A DNA stretch of 64,000 nt from Octopus vulgaris (Eukaryota). The notes beneath the pieces were generated by a model. The model saw only the letters and a program-made list of their open reading frames with translations, searched no databases and was not told the origin of the DNA. Within the stretch, counting starts at the first letter, position 1. Every line of letters begins with the position of its first letter. The stretch lies in the NCBI GenBank assembly GCA_951406725.2, contig OX597815.1, positions 32,426,001 through 32,490,000 of the forward strand, written 5' to 3'. The translations under genes were made by a program, and so were the position numbers. Of this stretch, positions 10,144-22,133 are shown in pieces.

Positions 10144-12810
10144 ATATTAACGCTTCTCTGAAGGATATACCCATTCCACCAAAGAATGCTTTCCTCAAAC
10201 AACTCGTCAGAAAGATAAATTCCTTTATCAACCATATCAGATGGCTAACCTTTTTCTTTGACAACAAGGACACTTAACAACACACTAATGATATAACCTC
10301 TGAATTTGACAAATTATTTAAATCTAAAAATAGTCCTCCACCTAACCCAAGATTGAAGCGGTTTGAGGATGATCTTTGGTCTATTGTGCGAAATGTAAAA
10401 TTTCAACGATCATCGCTAAGAAATAAATATCTGAGGTATCTTCACAATATCACCAAGGAAATTAATACAAATGATAGTGTGTTGTTTCAATCAGATAAAA
10501 CGGGAAGTCTGTACAAACTTAACAAGGACTATTATTTGGGATTGCTTAAAAAAGAAATTTAAAAAAAAACTATAGAATTACTGATAAAAGTGTACTCAAC
10601 AAAGCCAACATTGAGACTATGAAAATTATGGAGAAGTATAACTTACAAATGAAGACAGAACCACTTGATCCTAAGTTTATTTTGAAAGATCATAAACAAA
10701 ATTTTTTTATAACCCATCCTTAAGACTTATCTGCCCTTCTAGCTCTGATATAGGTGTACTTAGTAAAAGTATTCTAGATAAATATGTTCCTACATTAATT
10801 AAAAAATTAAAACTTAGTTTATGGTCCAATTCATTTCAAGTAGTCGACTGGTTTAGTTCTATTACTAATAAGAGGAGCACTAAGTTTATCCAGTTTGACA
10901 TTTCTAATTTTTATTCATCCATCAACCCAATAGTACTTAACAAGGCACTTTGGCTTGCTCATAACAGAGCTGGTCTCACCAGGGAAGAAATTAATGTTGT
11001 GTTGACAGCCAGAAAATCTATTATAAAATTTGACAATAAGTTGTGGACCCATAAAGACACACCAGATGGTTTTGATGTTACAATGGGAAGTTCTGATTCA
11101 GCACAAGTAGCTGATTTAGTCTGTATATATATACTTTTTGAAATGACAGAACAATTCCCAAGCATCAATGGAGGTCTATATCATGATGATTGTTTACTTT
11201 ACCTTCAAAATGCTTCCGACCAAAAGGTACAAAAAGTTATGATAGTTTAGTTAAATTTTTCCACAGAATGGGCTTAAGCATCGTTTTTGATGATGATGGG
11301 ACGAAGGCCAACTTTTTAGATATTACACTTAACTTACACAATAACTCTTACTTCCCATACCATAAACCATCGACCAATCTTAAGTATATTAGCAAATTCA
11401 GTAATCATTCTCGGGTAATTACTAGGAACTTAGTTAAGAATATTTCATTTAGATTGTCTAAGTTATCTACTAATGTTGAGATTTTCAATGGTAAGGCCGA
11501 ATTTTATATCTCTGCCTTACTTAAAGCAGGTTATACAGAGAAAGATATCTACATTGATTCCATTCAATCGTATTCTAACTTTACTAATATAGATATGAAA
11601 TCTAGTTGTAAGGATATAAACGATATCAATTTTAATTTATACACCAAAACCAAACAGAGGAAAGGAGATAACTCTTATTTAATCCCCTATTTTCGTTCTA
11701 AAGGTAAATTTATGTCTTTCAAAAATAGTTACACTAAAAATAAGATAACTAATAGTAAAACCATTTGGTTAATTATTCCATACGGGAGGCAAATTAAATC
11801 TAACCTTCCCTTGCAGTTTCGTGAAGCTATTATTAGGAATTTTCCAAAGAATTCTAGATATTACTCTATTATCACACACGGTTAGGACTGGTTTTTCCAA
11901 CACAAAAAATCTCTTACAAATTATCTCTTCACATAATATTAACCTGTTAAATATTGATACATTTACTAATACTAACATTAATTTAGCTAATACCATCCAC
12001 CCACCTGGAAATATTAATAACAAGATTATTGTACCTGAAGTCAATTACAACAGAATCAAGTTTATGTCAAGTAACTCTAAAATTAAAAATTCTATATATC
12101 AGTGTAAAATTACTACTGGTAATGAAGTATTTTTTATATAGGAAGCCCATCTTCTAAGTTATCTAAAAGAATTTCTAATCATTACTCTATTTTAAGGGAT
12201 AGGAATAAACGTAACAGTACAGGGCTTAGTAAATTAATTTGGTATCTAAAAGACCACGATAAACAATTTAATTTAGATTGGTTGATTCTCTCAATCTCGA
12301 TACCTTATGATAAAGGCAAGGAATTCTGTCTTTTCTGTCATTCTGAACTATTTTTTATTCTTTTTTCTAAAAATCCCCCATCAATAAACAAACTATCAAT
12401 AAAATTTTCTCTTAAACATTCTACCCGGTTGTGTCTCTCTTTTCCTTCTGGCACTTATATTCATTTATCCCTTTCGTATTTATTGTATCGACCGTGTGAT
12501 GTACTAAAGGATCCATTCTCGTCACCGCTCCTTCGCACAGTCTTTTACAAAAATATATAATTTAAACATTAATTTTCTTCTTAGATTTCAAATTCACTAG
12601 ATATATCTTTTCCCAAGTCTATAAGGTTTTATTTAATATACATATAGTTATAAACTTCTCATTTATTTAGTTTTTCTTTCCTTTATCCCTCCTCTTTCTA
12701 TAGGCTACCTTTGACGTTATATCCAATAATGTTTTTTTGAAATAAACTTAATAGCGTTCAGTTAATCACTATACATATGCATAATTTTCTGTTAAAATGT
12801 CTTATTGACG
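10144..12810 (+). mobile_element. Near-full-length Naiad-like Penelope retroelement (RT + GIY-YIG), frameshifted
   Basis: Motifs in order: N-terminal SLKDIPIPP..L..K..FI..IRW..FF, QSDKT, QFDISNFYSSI, FDVTMGSSDSAQVADL, GLYHDD, NFLDITLNL..PYHKP, SIYQCKI..FYIG, STGLSKLIW and CLFCHSE. The clade assignment is from recalled motifs. Confidence 0.85.
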
Positions 12811-14879
12811 AGCCACGGGGCATGCGTGGGCAGAAAGCACGTGTGGAGAGACAAGGCCGGCGCGTTGGTGTTCCGGCGAGGGAACGAGATCCCCGAACTG
12901 GGCACCAGCATGAGTAGACGGGAACTGTTCTCGGTGTGTGGGAAGCTGGTGGGACACCACTCCGGACAGCATGTAGCTTCATCAAGAGACGAGCCGAAGG
13001 AGTGAAGTGGAACGATAGAGTGGAGGAGAAGACGACCGACATGATACAGGAAGTCTTGGTCAGAGTAAGAGCAGAGGATCCAGTGAGGGGCAGTTGGTAT
13101 GTTCCCAAATCAAAGAGCGGGATTGTATAGTGTGACGCCAGTAGCATCGCAATAGGGGTTGTCTTGGAAGTGGGAGGCGTCGTGGAGGAAGATACAGCCT
13201 GGCTCAGGAAGACGGATGACTGCAATCATATCAATGTGGCGGAGTTGAATGCCGTGTTGAAGGGATTGAACCTAGCTTTGAAGTGGGGGCTGCACACCAT
13301 AGAAATCAGGACTGATTCGGCCACTATACTTGGTTGGGTGACAGCAATCATCACCAATGAGCGGAGGGTGCGAACCAAAGGGGCCGCAGAAATGCTGGTA
13401 AAGTGTCGATTGGGGATACTGCGTGATCTAACAACTGAGTTCAATCTGAAGCTGAGCGTGAGCTTTGTACCTTCCGAGAAGAACAGGGCAGAAGTCCTGA
13501 CCAGGGTAAAGCGAGCCTGGTTGCAGGTGCCAGAGGATGCGGAGCAGGCTGTGACTGCAGTATGCCGTCTGAGTGACTCGGAGTTGAGGAGATTGCATAC
13601 CATGCATCACATGGGAGTGGACAGGACGTTGTTCCTAGCCAGGAAAGTTGACTCTGACGTAACAAGACGGAGCGGGCAGAGAGTGGTTATCAGCTGTGAC
13701 AGGTGCCAGTCCATCGTTCCTGCTCTGGGTGTACATGAGGCGGGAAGTATTTCAGTGGACCACGACTGGAAACGACTGGCAGTGGACATAACACACTACC
13801 GGCAGGGTACATACTTCTCAATGGTTGACTGCGGACCGGGGCGGTTGGCCATATGGACGGAGATGAAGACGGGGACCACAGAGGAAATCGTGAAAGTATT
13901 AAATGATATATTCCTGGAACGAGGCCCCGTGGATGAACTACATCTGGATAATGGCACTGCATTTCGCTCGGAGGTGCTGAAAGAAATGCTTGATGGGTGA
14001 CAGGTCAACCGCTTCTTCAGGGCGGCATACCGGCCAAGTGGAAATGGGGTGGTGGAAAGGCATCATCGTACCATCAAGACCATGGCAGAGTGGGGCTACA
14101 TTTCACCAATCGAGGCCGTATTTTGGTACAATATGTCGCCCAGGTCAGGACAGGCTGAGGAGCCGGTGCCACACAGGGCAATATTCAGATACGAGTGGAG
14201 GCATACGTGTACTGCATCAATGCGACCCGGGGCAGAGAAAGAGCATGCCTTCGTGCAGGTCGGGGAGGAAGTTTGGGTAACCCCCCAAACGCACGGTGTA
14301 CATCACGATGGGGAAAGGGAACAATAACCTCCATCGATTCGAAGAACAACGCTGGTGTGCCACGCCACGTTTTGGATGTACGGAAGATTGTCCATGCCTC
14401 AGAGGATGGAACCAGCAGCAGTAGGCAAGAAGATGAAGACAGCAACAGTAGGCAAGAAGATGAAGATAGCATCAGTAGACAAGATGATGAAGCCAGCAGC
14501 AGCATGCCAGGAACTCAGGCCAGTCCCGGGGTCGCACGGTGACCACAGTGGGAGCGGCACCCTCCTCCATGGTTGGATGATTATGAAACCAGTTAAGGTG
14601 TGAGTTCGGGAGCGAGGAGTGAGTGGGAAAGCCAGTTGAGTGATCTGTAGATCAGGGGGACGTGTTGTGTTTGTGGTGTTATGCGCTGTGATGAGCTATG
14701 TAGTGTTGGTGGAGAGGATTACAGATGAGGTAGATGGAAGTGAAGACTGCAGGGGCCTGTGGCATAGCCACGGGGCATGCGTGGGCGGGAAGCACGTGTG
14801 GTCAATTCGAGCAGAGACGGCAGCGAGCAAAGACGTGTTTATTTCGTGAGAGTGATCGCTCATTCCGCCGAGGTCAACA
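12810..14879 (+). mobile_element. Ty3/Gypsy-like LTR retrotransposon deletion derivative (RNase H + integrase + 3' LTR)
   Basis: RNase H (CDASS..HINVAEL..IRTDS), zinc finger (H..HMG...CDRC) and integrase (LAVDIT, LDNGTAF, GNGVVERHHRTIK). Trp-to-stop changes occur at 13128 and 13998. Confidence 0.88.
14663..14879 (+). repeat. 3' LTR (217 bp)
   Basis: Follows the purine tract AGGGGGACG and has TGTTG...CAACA inverted termini. 14767-14801 recurs at 12810-12846 as a 5' LTR remnant. Confidence 0.75.
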
Positions 14880-14962
14880 GGTAAGGCCTTTTGTATTTCT
14901 TTCTCCCGTTTGCTTCTTTTTCTGTTGACTTTTTCCTCAGTCACACTACATACATACATATA

Positions 14963-15116
<154 letters not shown>

Positions 15117-15743
15117 GAGGTTAAACAACCATCTAAGGGATAATAGATATGCAATATACTACTGGAGGTATACCTATGTATTTATATCCAAATGCTTAGT
15201 GTTGTAGGGCAGAAGCGCAATTGAATAATAGATATGAGGTGGTGGGTGGGGGTAAAGCAGAAATTTACCTAGAATTTATAAGGCAAAGTCGAAAAAGGAG
15301 AAAATAAACAAACATCAACCTGCAAGCATTCATTTGGATCTATTTATTAATTAACTACAATCATATGTATAAGTAAGTAGTTAAACAAGTAAATAAGATA
15401 ATACATGAACGAATAAGAAGAAATGAGCGAATAATACTTCTTCTTTGTGTACATGTACGCATGCATTTATGCATACATACATACATACTAACAAACAAGC
15501 ATTTTTTAATTCATAAAACCACAGCTGGTTTACAAGCAATTCGTTCTCTTATACCCTCTGTCTATCATCCTTAGTGAAAAAACTTCAGTTTCTCGCCCAC
15601 TATGACGAATGCTCGTAAATGTGTAAGCGTGTTTATGGCATTTAATAGTGTTTTCATATGACTACTAGATGGAGCTGTTTAAAATATTTTTTAATTCACA
15701 CAACTTGCCTTCTCTGCACACTTTCGAAAGCATCTTTACTCAC

Positions 15744-15868
15744 TTCGCCGTCATCAAGCAGAAGAAACCGGCTTTTGTGTCGTTAACAACCCCATGCATC
15801 AGCGCACGCAGTTTGGAGTAATCTGTGTGTATTCCTTTCCCCGTGACTTCTTTTGCCTTTAATTTCAT
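15744..15868 (-). CDS. Candidate first coding exon of an unidentified minus-strand gene (MKLKAKEVTGKGIHTDYSKLRALMHGVVNDTKAGFFCLMTA, phase 2)
   Basis: AAAATG start with an in-frame upstream TGA. 125 nt are open, ending exactly at a GTGAGT donor (15743-15738). No protein family recognised. Confidence 0.5.
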
Positions 15869-16755
15869 TTTAATAATATATCAACACTCGAAAGGTTAGT
15901 ATAAACATTTTTTTCCCCACTTTATACATTCTAAAGTTAAATTTTTTAACTGGTCATGTATTTTTGCGACGTTTTCTTTCTTTTCAATTGTTCTTGCGAT
16001 AGTAAATTAGACCTTAGACACAAAACAATTACATGTCTAAATCACTGAGAGTCTACATATTTCAAAATTATTCGTTTTATAGAACTGATATAATCACTAT
16101 ATATATATATATATAGTGGTTATATAAGTTCGATGATTTTATAAATAGATTTTTATCGTGCGCATTTGAGTTTACAAACAAAAAGGAAATGATGTATATA
16201 TTTTTTGTTATGCTAATATATATATAAATTTTTATTAACTGCTCCAAGAACTTTGCTGGTTTGGCAATTTTCAAGAATCCGCTGCTATCAACGTGATTTC
16301 ATTCACTTCGTTATAACTTATAATTTTTTTTTCTAGGAAAAAAAAAAATTATATTTAACTGAATTGAAAACTGAGCTAAGAAGAGAAAGAAAACAAAAAA
16401 AAAGAAATGGCATGAAAAAACCTCCGTGGTTTGTTATACCAAAAACGAATTCAAAATTGTATTTACAACAGATTGTACGCAAGAAACACCTATTTCATTG
16501 TAATTTTGAAATTACTTGTTTTATATTTACGAATTGCGTGAAAATAGTATTTGTAATTATATAATTAATAATCAAACTTATAGCCTGAGTTATCTTTATG
16601 TTAGATTAATCTTCATCCTGTGTATTGATCCGGTATAATTTCTTTTTCTCGGATGTATATTGTCATAATGGTACACATGTGTTATTGAGTACTCTTTTAA
16701 TAATGGGAACATTCTCTTTGATTCCCTTAAATTTCGTAGTAATTAAGATAATAAG

Positions 16756-16831
16756 ATGGCGACTTGCAGTCACGGTGTCCCATTGATATTATTCCGTTGT
16801 TTTAAGTGAATGGTATCTGTCTAAATTGTGC
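16756..16831 (+). other. Candidate first exon of a plus-strand gene
   Basis: AAGATGGCG start context, a strong donor GTAAGT at 16832 and a weaker possible donor GTGAAT at 16806. Confidence 0.45.
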
Positions 16832-17067
16832 GTAAGTTGTTTCTTTATTTCAAGTAATCGGTTTTCTGAGAAGCGTAAAAACAAAAACAATAGCCCATAA
16901 CGTGTAACATTTACCGAGTACATGCTGATGTATTGACTTATATAAAAACCTGGCTAAAACAATTATTTTAACAAGACCATCCACTCAAAACAGTTTTCGA
17001 AGTAAATACAATAGTTAAACAGGGTTTATTGTTGATTTGTTGTGTGTATTTCATTGTTACCTATAAG

Positions 17068-17244
17068 GATGCCGACGAGAGATTATCTACTGAACTATAA
17101 CGAAGGACTCTTTGCGTGTGTGTGCCGACCAAACATCTTTTATGCGGTTCCTCATAAATCGCAGCCAAATTCCTTTAAAGTACACACCATTGTCTCGACA
17201 AAAGCGAAAACAAAAATTACAAAGGGCACATTATATAATTGTAG
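17068..17244 (+). CDS. Candidate second exon of the plus-strand gene (MPTRDYLL...KGTLYNC, phase 2)
   Basis: Acceptor TTACCTATAAG|G, an open frame from ATG 17069 to an AG|GTAATT donor at 17245, and a basic, acid-poor peptide. Confidence 0.4.
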
Positions 17245-18389
17245 GTAATTCTAGATACTCTGAAATGACAAGATGGTCACGGATAGAATACCTAACGAAA
17301 GATTGTCGAATACCTGTAATCATAGGTCTTACATAATCAGAACTGTGTTTGACCTAAACAAAAATAAATAACCATGCTTAGTTAAATTAAGTTCTGGTTA
17401 TTTAGGTAATTTAAAAGATTCGATGTAAACAATACACACACGTTGTTGTAGTGAAGTAAACCAAGGAAGCTGAGCAAAGAAAATACAACAGACTGAAAAT
17501 GTTTATTCTTGTAAAACAGTAAACAAAGAAATAAGCAAGGACAGAAATATTAAGTGAAATAATTTCCATAAAAAGCTAAAATTACCATCTGTTAGTGAGT
17601 GGAAGTGTCCTATCTTCGTGGCGAAAGACACTGTTACATAAAGATTGTATTACTTGTATAACATCATAATATAATCTTTAATGTTATACTAAAATTACTT
17701 TACTATCAATATCATAACTTATTTTCAAAATTATAAATAAAGATAGAATTGTTTCTCCGATAAATATTTTAAAACAAATTTTTTAACAACATTAAAAAAA
17801 TTTTTTTTTTTTAAATTGTGATTTAATTATAAAACTATTTCGGAACACATTTTACTTATTAAGGGGATAATAATAGGAAAAAAATGACTTGAAAATAGGT
17901 AAATATATAAAATACAAAATTAAAAGGCAAGCATTATCCCTCAGTTATGCTCAACACAAGGGGGTACTGTTGATCCCCTTAATGAGCAACCCCAAACACT
18001 CTGGGCACTCCACAAGTGATTGTGATGCTGAGTGAGATTCTAGGACAGTCAATCATGCTCGCAAGCATCACCTGATGTTTTGATGAGACGGGATGTCAAT
18101 AACGACACAAACTTCATTGTCAGTGGCTTTGCTCCCTAGAACATCACAAATTCCATAGGTTGGAAAATGTAATTTAGCAACAAAATATGACATTTCAGTA
18201 TCTTATTCTCTTTAATTACGGATGCAGTAACCTCTCATGTCCACTGTACTTTGCGTATGGTAATAGAGTTTCTAACAGTAGCATCCCATGTGAGGTATCT
18301 TGCCTTTAGCTGGAGAGTAATCCCTATAGCTTATTGAAGGGATATTTTATCTTGGTTAGGGCTCGCTTAATAATTAGGTTTATCTCATG

Positions 18390-18805
18390 CATCATCATCT
18401 CCATCACTTCCACTTTTTCATGATTCAGACAGAATTCATTGAGGCAGTTTTGCTCCTGCTAGAAGCTCTTGTTTCAACCCTCATCCGTTTCCAAGCACGG
18501 TAATATTTTCCCATAACCAAACGTTTCTATGGAAGACTAGAAATGATGGGCCCTGCTTGTATGGCAGTAACACTTGTTTATAATGTTTGCATGATGTCAA
18601 GACAAAGAGACACCAACACACACACAACGCTTACACACACGATAGGCTTCTTTCAGTTTCTGTCTACCAAATCCACTCAGAAGGCTTTAGTCATCCCAGG
18701 GTTATTAGCAGAAGATGCTTGCTTTTTGAACACTTCAGATTCAGTGGGACTGAACCCAAAACCATGTGGTTTCGAGCAAACTTCTTAACCACACAACCAT
18801 GCCTA
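18390..18805 (-). mobile_element. tRNA-derived SINE (family A head) with (GAT)n tail
   Basis: Head GGCATGGTTGTGTGGTTAAGAAG..GGGTTCAGTCCCAC, body GTAGACAGAAACTGAAAGAAGCC, and a tail ending in GATGATG. Confidence 0.75.
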
Positions 18806-18829
18806 CACTCAGTTAATAAAACAATCCAT

Positions 18830-19240
18830 GAATCATCATCATCATCATTTAATGTCTGCTTTCCATGCTAGCATGGGTTGGACAATTTGATTGAGGACTG
18901 GTAAACCAGATGGCTGCACCAGGCTCCAATGTCATGTGGCGGAATTTCTACAGCTGGATGCCCTTCCTAATGCCAACCACTCCGAGAGTGTAGTGGGTGC
19001 TTTTTACGTGCCACTGGCATGAGGGCAAGTCTGGCGGTACTGGCAACGGCCACGCTCAAATGGTGTTTTTTACACGCCACCTGCACAAGAGTCAGTCCAG
19101 CGGCACTGGCAATGACCTCGCTCGAATGTTTTGTTCATGTGCCACCGGCACAAGTGCCAGTAAGACAACGCTGGTAACGATCATGCTCAAATGGTGCTTT
19201 TTACGTGCCACCGGAACAGAAGCCAGACAGCTGCTCTAGC
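18830..19240 (-). mobile_element. (GAT)n-tailed retroposon with about 4 internal tandem units
   Basis: Same family as 4975-5295. Confidence 0.85.
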
Positions 19241-19244
19241 AGTG

Positions 19245-19480
19245 ATCTCGCACACTGACAAGGTAGATGTAGGGGTTTTTAAATCAAAGCTGGACCTCAT
19301 CCTGTCGAGAGTCCCAGATGAACCTACCTCATGGCAAGAGGTGCAAATGAGGGTAGCTATATCAAACTCCATTCTTCACCAAGTACCACATAGAGGAGGC
19401 TCTTAGTAATAACAGTGTAGCAAAATGGTGGTGCATCAGCATGGCTGCAGCTCTGAGCTGAAACTAGAGAGGGAAAAAAA
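19245..19480 (+). mobile_element. CR1/Jockey-group LINE 3' end
   Basis: VDVGVFKSKLDLILSRVPDEP followed by the 3' tail GGTGCATCAGCATGGCTGCAGCTCTGAGCTGAAACTAG. It matches 22690-22920 on the minus strand. Confidence 0.8.
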
Positions 19481-19490
19481 TATGTATGTA

Positions 19491-19535
<45 letters not shown>

Positions 19536-19574
19536 TTATTATGTATATATATACATATATGCCTATTATGTATA

Positions 19575-19621
<47 letters not shown>

Positions 19622-20086
19622 ATATATATAAAACTGAGAATGTGTGTGTGTGTCTATCTGTGTGAATCCCTAAAACTTGAGAACTACACAACCAATTTCA
19701 TCCAAATTTTACACATGCCTTATTTAGGGTCCATGTAGTGCCATGGGCAAAAAAGTTTTTTAACTTCTTGCCTAGGGCAAGCCCACAGCAATATATCTTC
19801 TCCACTATTTCAGCATTACATATCAAAAGTGAAAGAAAAAAATCTCGCTATTGTAATGTCAGATACTTTCACTTTAATACTGAAACTATTAATTAAAGTG
19901 AAACTATTATATAACAGGGATGAACTGTAACTGGACATCCATTCTGCTAGAAGATCCGCTATGGTCTTATATGCTACACCACTGGTTTTAAATTCATACT
20001 AATCAAATTTATATTCAATTTTTCACCCTTATTTTAAATTTAAATTTACATGTATATATATATACATATATAGATGTATACATATA

Positions 20087-20118
<32 letters not shown>

Positions 20119-20128
<10 letters not shown>

Positions 20129-20530
20129 TGAGGGTAGAAATTGATATTAATCAATTAAAACCAATGGTCTAGTATATTTTAAAAAAATCCGCCGATTAAA
20201 AATTTTTTTACATGCAAAATTTAGGGGACTGACCACTAAAAGTAGACAGCCCTTATGCTAGATATAGATGTCAAAATTGCCGTTTTCTACGAAGAATGTG
20301 TTCTCAAGAACATAAGGACTGTCTACTTTTAGTGGTCAGTCCTCCAAATTTTTAATCTTCGGATTTTTTAAAAATATGCTAGACCACTGGTTTTAATTGA
20401 TTAATATCAATTTCTACCCTTATTTAATTTTATATATATACAAAATTTAGAGGACTGACCACTAAAAGTAGACAGCCCTTGGCGATTTTGACGTCTATAT
20501 CTAGCAGTCCTCTAAATTTTGTATATATAT
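20119..20530. mobile_element. Fold-back (long inverted repeat) element plus an adjacent shorter derivative
   Basis: 20119-20258 pairs with 20310-20432. 20432-20530 is a second hairpin built from the same GGACTGACCACTAAAAGTAGACAG module. Confidence 0.75.
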
Positions 20531-20650
20531 ATACATGTATATGTATACATGTATGTGTAGATGTATATATATATAAATAAATGTACATGTAATATGTACA
20601 CACATATATATATACAAGCATACATATATACACACACACGCATATACATA

Positions 20651-20970
20651 GGTGCAGGTGTGACTGTGTGGTAACAAACTTGGTTCCAAAACATGGTCCT
20701 GAGTTCAGACCCACTGTGTGGTAACTTGGCATGCGTCTTCTGCTATAGCCTCAGACCAACCAAAGCCTTGTCAGTGAATTTTGTAGACAGAAACTGAAAG
20801 AAATCAATTGTATATATATGTATGTATATATGTAAGTCTATGTGTGTGTCTTTGTGTTTCTCCCTCATCACTGCTTCACAACTGGTGTCCGTTTATTTAC
20901 ATCCCCATAACTTACTGATTTTACAAGAAGAAACTGATAGAATAAGTACCAGGCTTATCAAAATAAAAAA
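20651..20970 (+). mobile_element. tRNA-derived SINE, family A
   Basis: Paralog of 27973-28402. Confidence 0.8.
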
Positions 20971-21047
20971 ACCCCACTAGCCAGTGTCTCATATTTTTGT
21001 TTGCCCACTCAGTTGTATCTATCAATTTATATTTGTATGTGTGTGTG

Positions 21048-21084
<37 letters not shown>

Positions 21085-21678
21085 ATATATGGATATATAT
21101 ATGGATATATGGATTTCGTAATGCATCTTACGGCTGTACTTGTCACCTGGATGGTGAAGAATCCTACATTGGGAGTGGTAATGACTAGGGTAGGGTAGCT
21201 GACTGCTTATTGTGATCATTCGTCTTTTGGTTTCTATAGCTTTGCTCTCTTTTACAAACCCAATGAACATATATTTCCTATTTCAAAGAAATTCAAACAA
21301 TAGATATAAGAGCCAAGGTAAAAAGATTCTCAACAATTCAACTTCTCTGGTTGACATTACAATGCCCACACCCAACAGGGGCCTTAACTCTCACATTTTA
21401 GAGCTCCATGACCTTCATTTTTCAGGTGCAATATCCTTTTAACAGGTTCACTAAAACTGGAATTTTGGACTATGCGCATAAAAATCAGTAGTTTGAGATG
21501 CATGTGGCACGATTACAATTTTTTTAGGGCGTGTAAAGAGGGAAATAACCCTCATCTGCAATTTTGATGAAATTCGAAACATAGATATTCCAGTTCATTA
21601 CAGAAAATATAAGAGAAAAGTCTAATTCTTCAGTTGAATGTAACACAGGTAACCTCAGGTATCTCTGTTAGTATATAT

Positions 21679-22133
21679 ATATTAACAGTTATCGCCAAGC
21701 TAATATGGCAGTCCATAAATATAGGAAGAAAGCTGCCGTTGATTAGCTCCAAGAGTTCATCGCTTCTAGCTAGCTATATGACACACAAACCTGTGTCCGT
21801 AATAACCTTCGAACAGGGGAGGTCAGCCGCTTCCCCTTGCTGGTCAGGCATCTGCAGACATGTTTCTGGGTATTTGCCCTTTATCAATGCAGAGTAGCCA
21901 AACCTAGCAGACGTCGCTGCTGACCGTCTGTTCGAAGGATTATTTACCTAACTTCAGTGGAATACATCCTCTGATTTTCAAAAATAGAAATATTATTATT
22001 TCTAAGTCTCTTTAAAGGACACTATGGCAGCGGTACTGGATATTAACAGTTATCGCCAAGCTAATATGGTAGTCCGTAAATATAGGAAGAAACCTGCCGT
22101 TGATTAGCTCCAAGAGGCCATCGCCTCTAGCTA
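21679..22133 (-). mobile_element. Retrozyme-like partial tandem (361-bp unit, about 1.3 copies) with a degenerate hammerhead
   Basis: Direct repeats at 21679-21772 and 22040-22133. The minus strand at 21851-21893 reads TCTGCA-TTGATAA-AGGG(CAAATA)CCCA-GAAA-CATG-TC-TGCAGA inside a long hairpin. Confidence 0.6.

Larger units (their letters stand above)
15600..17630. promoter_or_regulatory. CpG-retaining unique region, candidate bidirectional promoter
   Basis: Non-repetitive and visibly richer in CpG than downstream unique DNA. It has a YY1-like AAGATGGCG at 16753-16761 and divergent exon-like units with canonical splice donors on both strands. Confidence 0.55.
19619..21671 (+). mobile_element. 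Helitron-like non-autonomous element with nested insertions
   Basis: 5' end TCTATATATATAAAACTG; 3' end AGGTATCTCTGTTAG|T. 21117-21671 is paralogous to 26806-27380. Joining the two ends into one element is an inference. Confidence 0.55.

Noticed and set aside
10144-12380. Selenocysteine recoding in the Naiad-like element
   Set aside because: I saw no in-frame TGA at a conserved Cys position and no convincing SECIS; the disruptions are ordinary frameshifts.
14863-14875. TTCCGCCGAGGTC match between the LTR end and the family B SINE
   Set aside because: Only about 13 bp with no flanking similarity, so it is treated as chance.
15744-15868. Faint acylphosphatase-like look of the minus-strand exon peptide
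   Set aside because: It lacks the G-x-V-Q-G-V-x-F-R signature.
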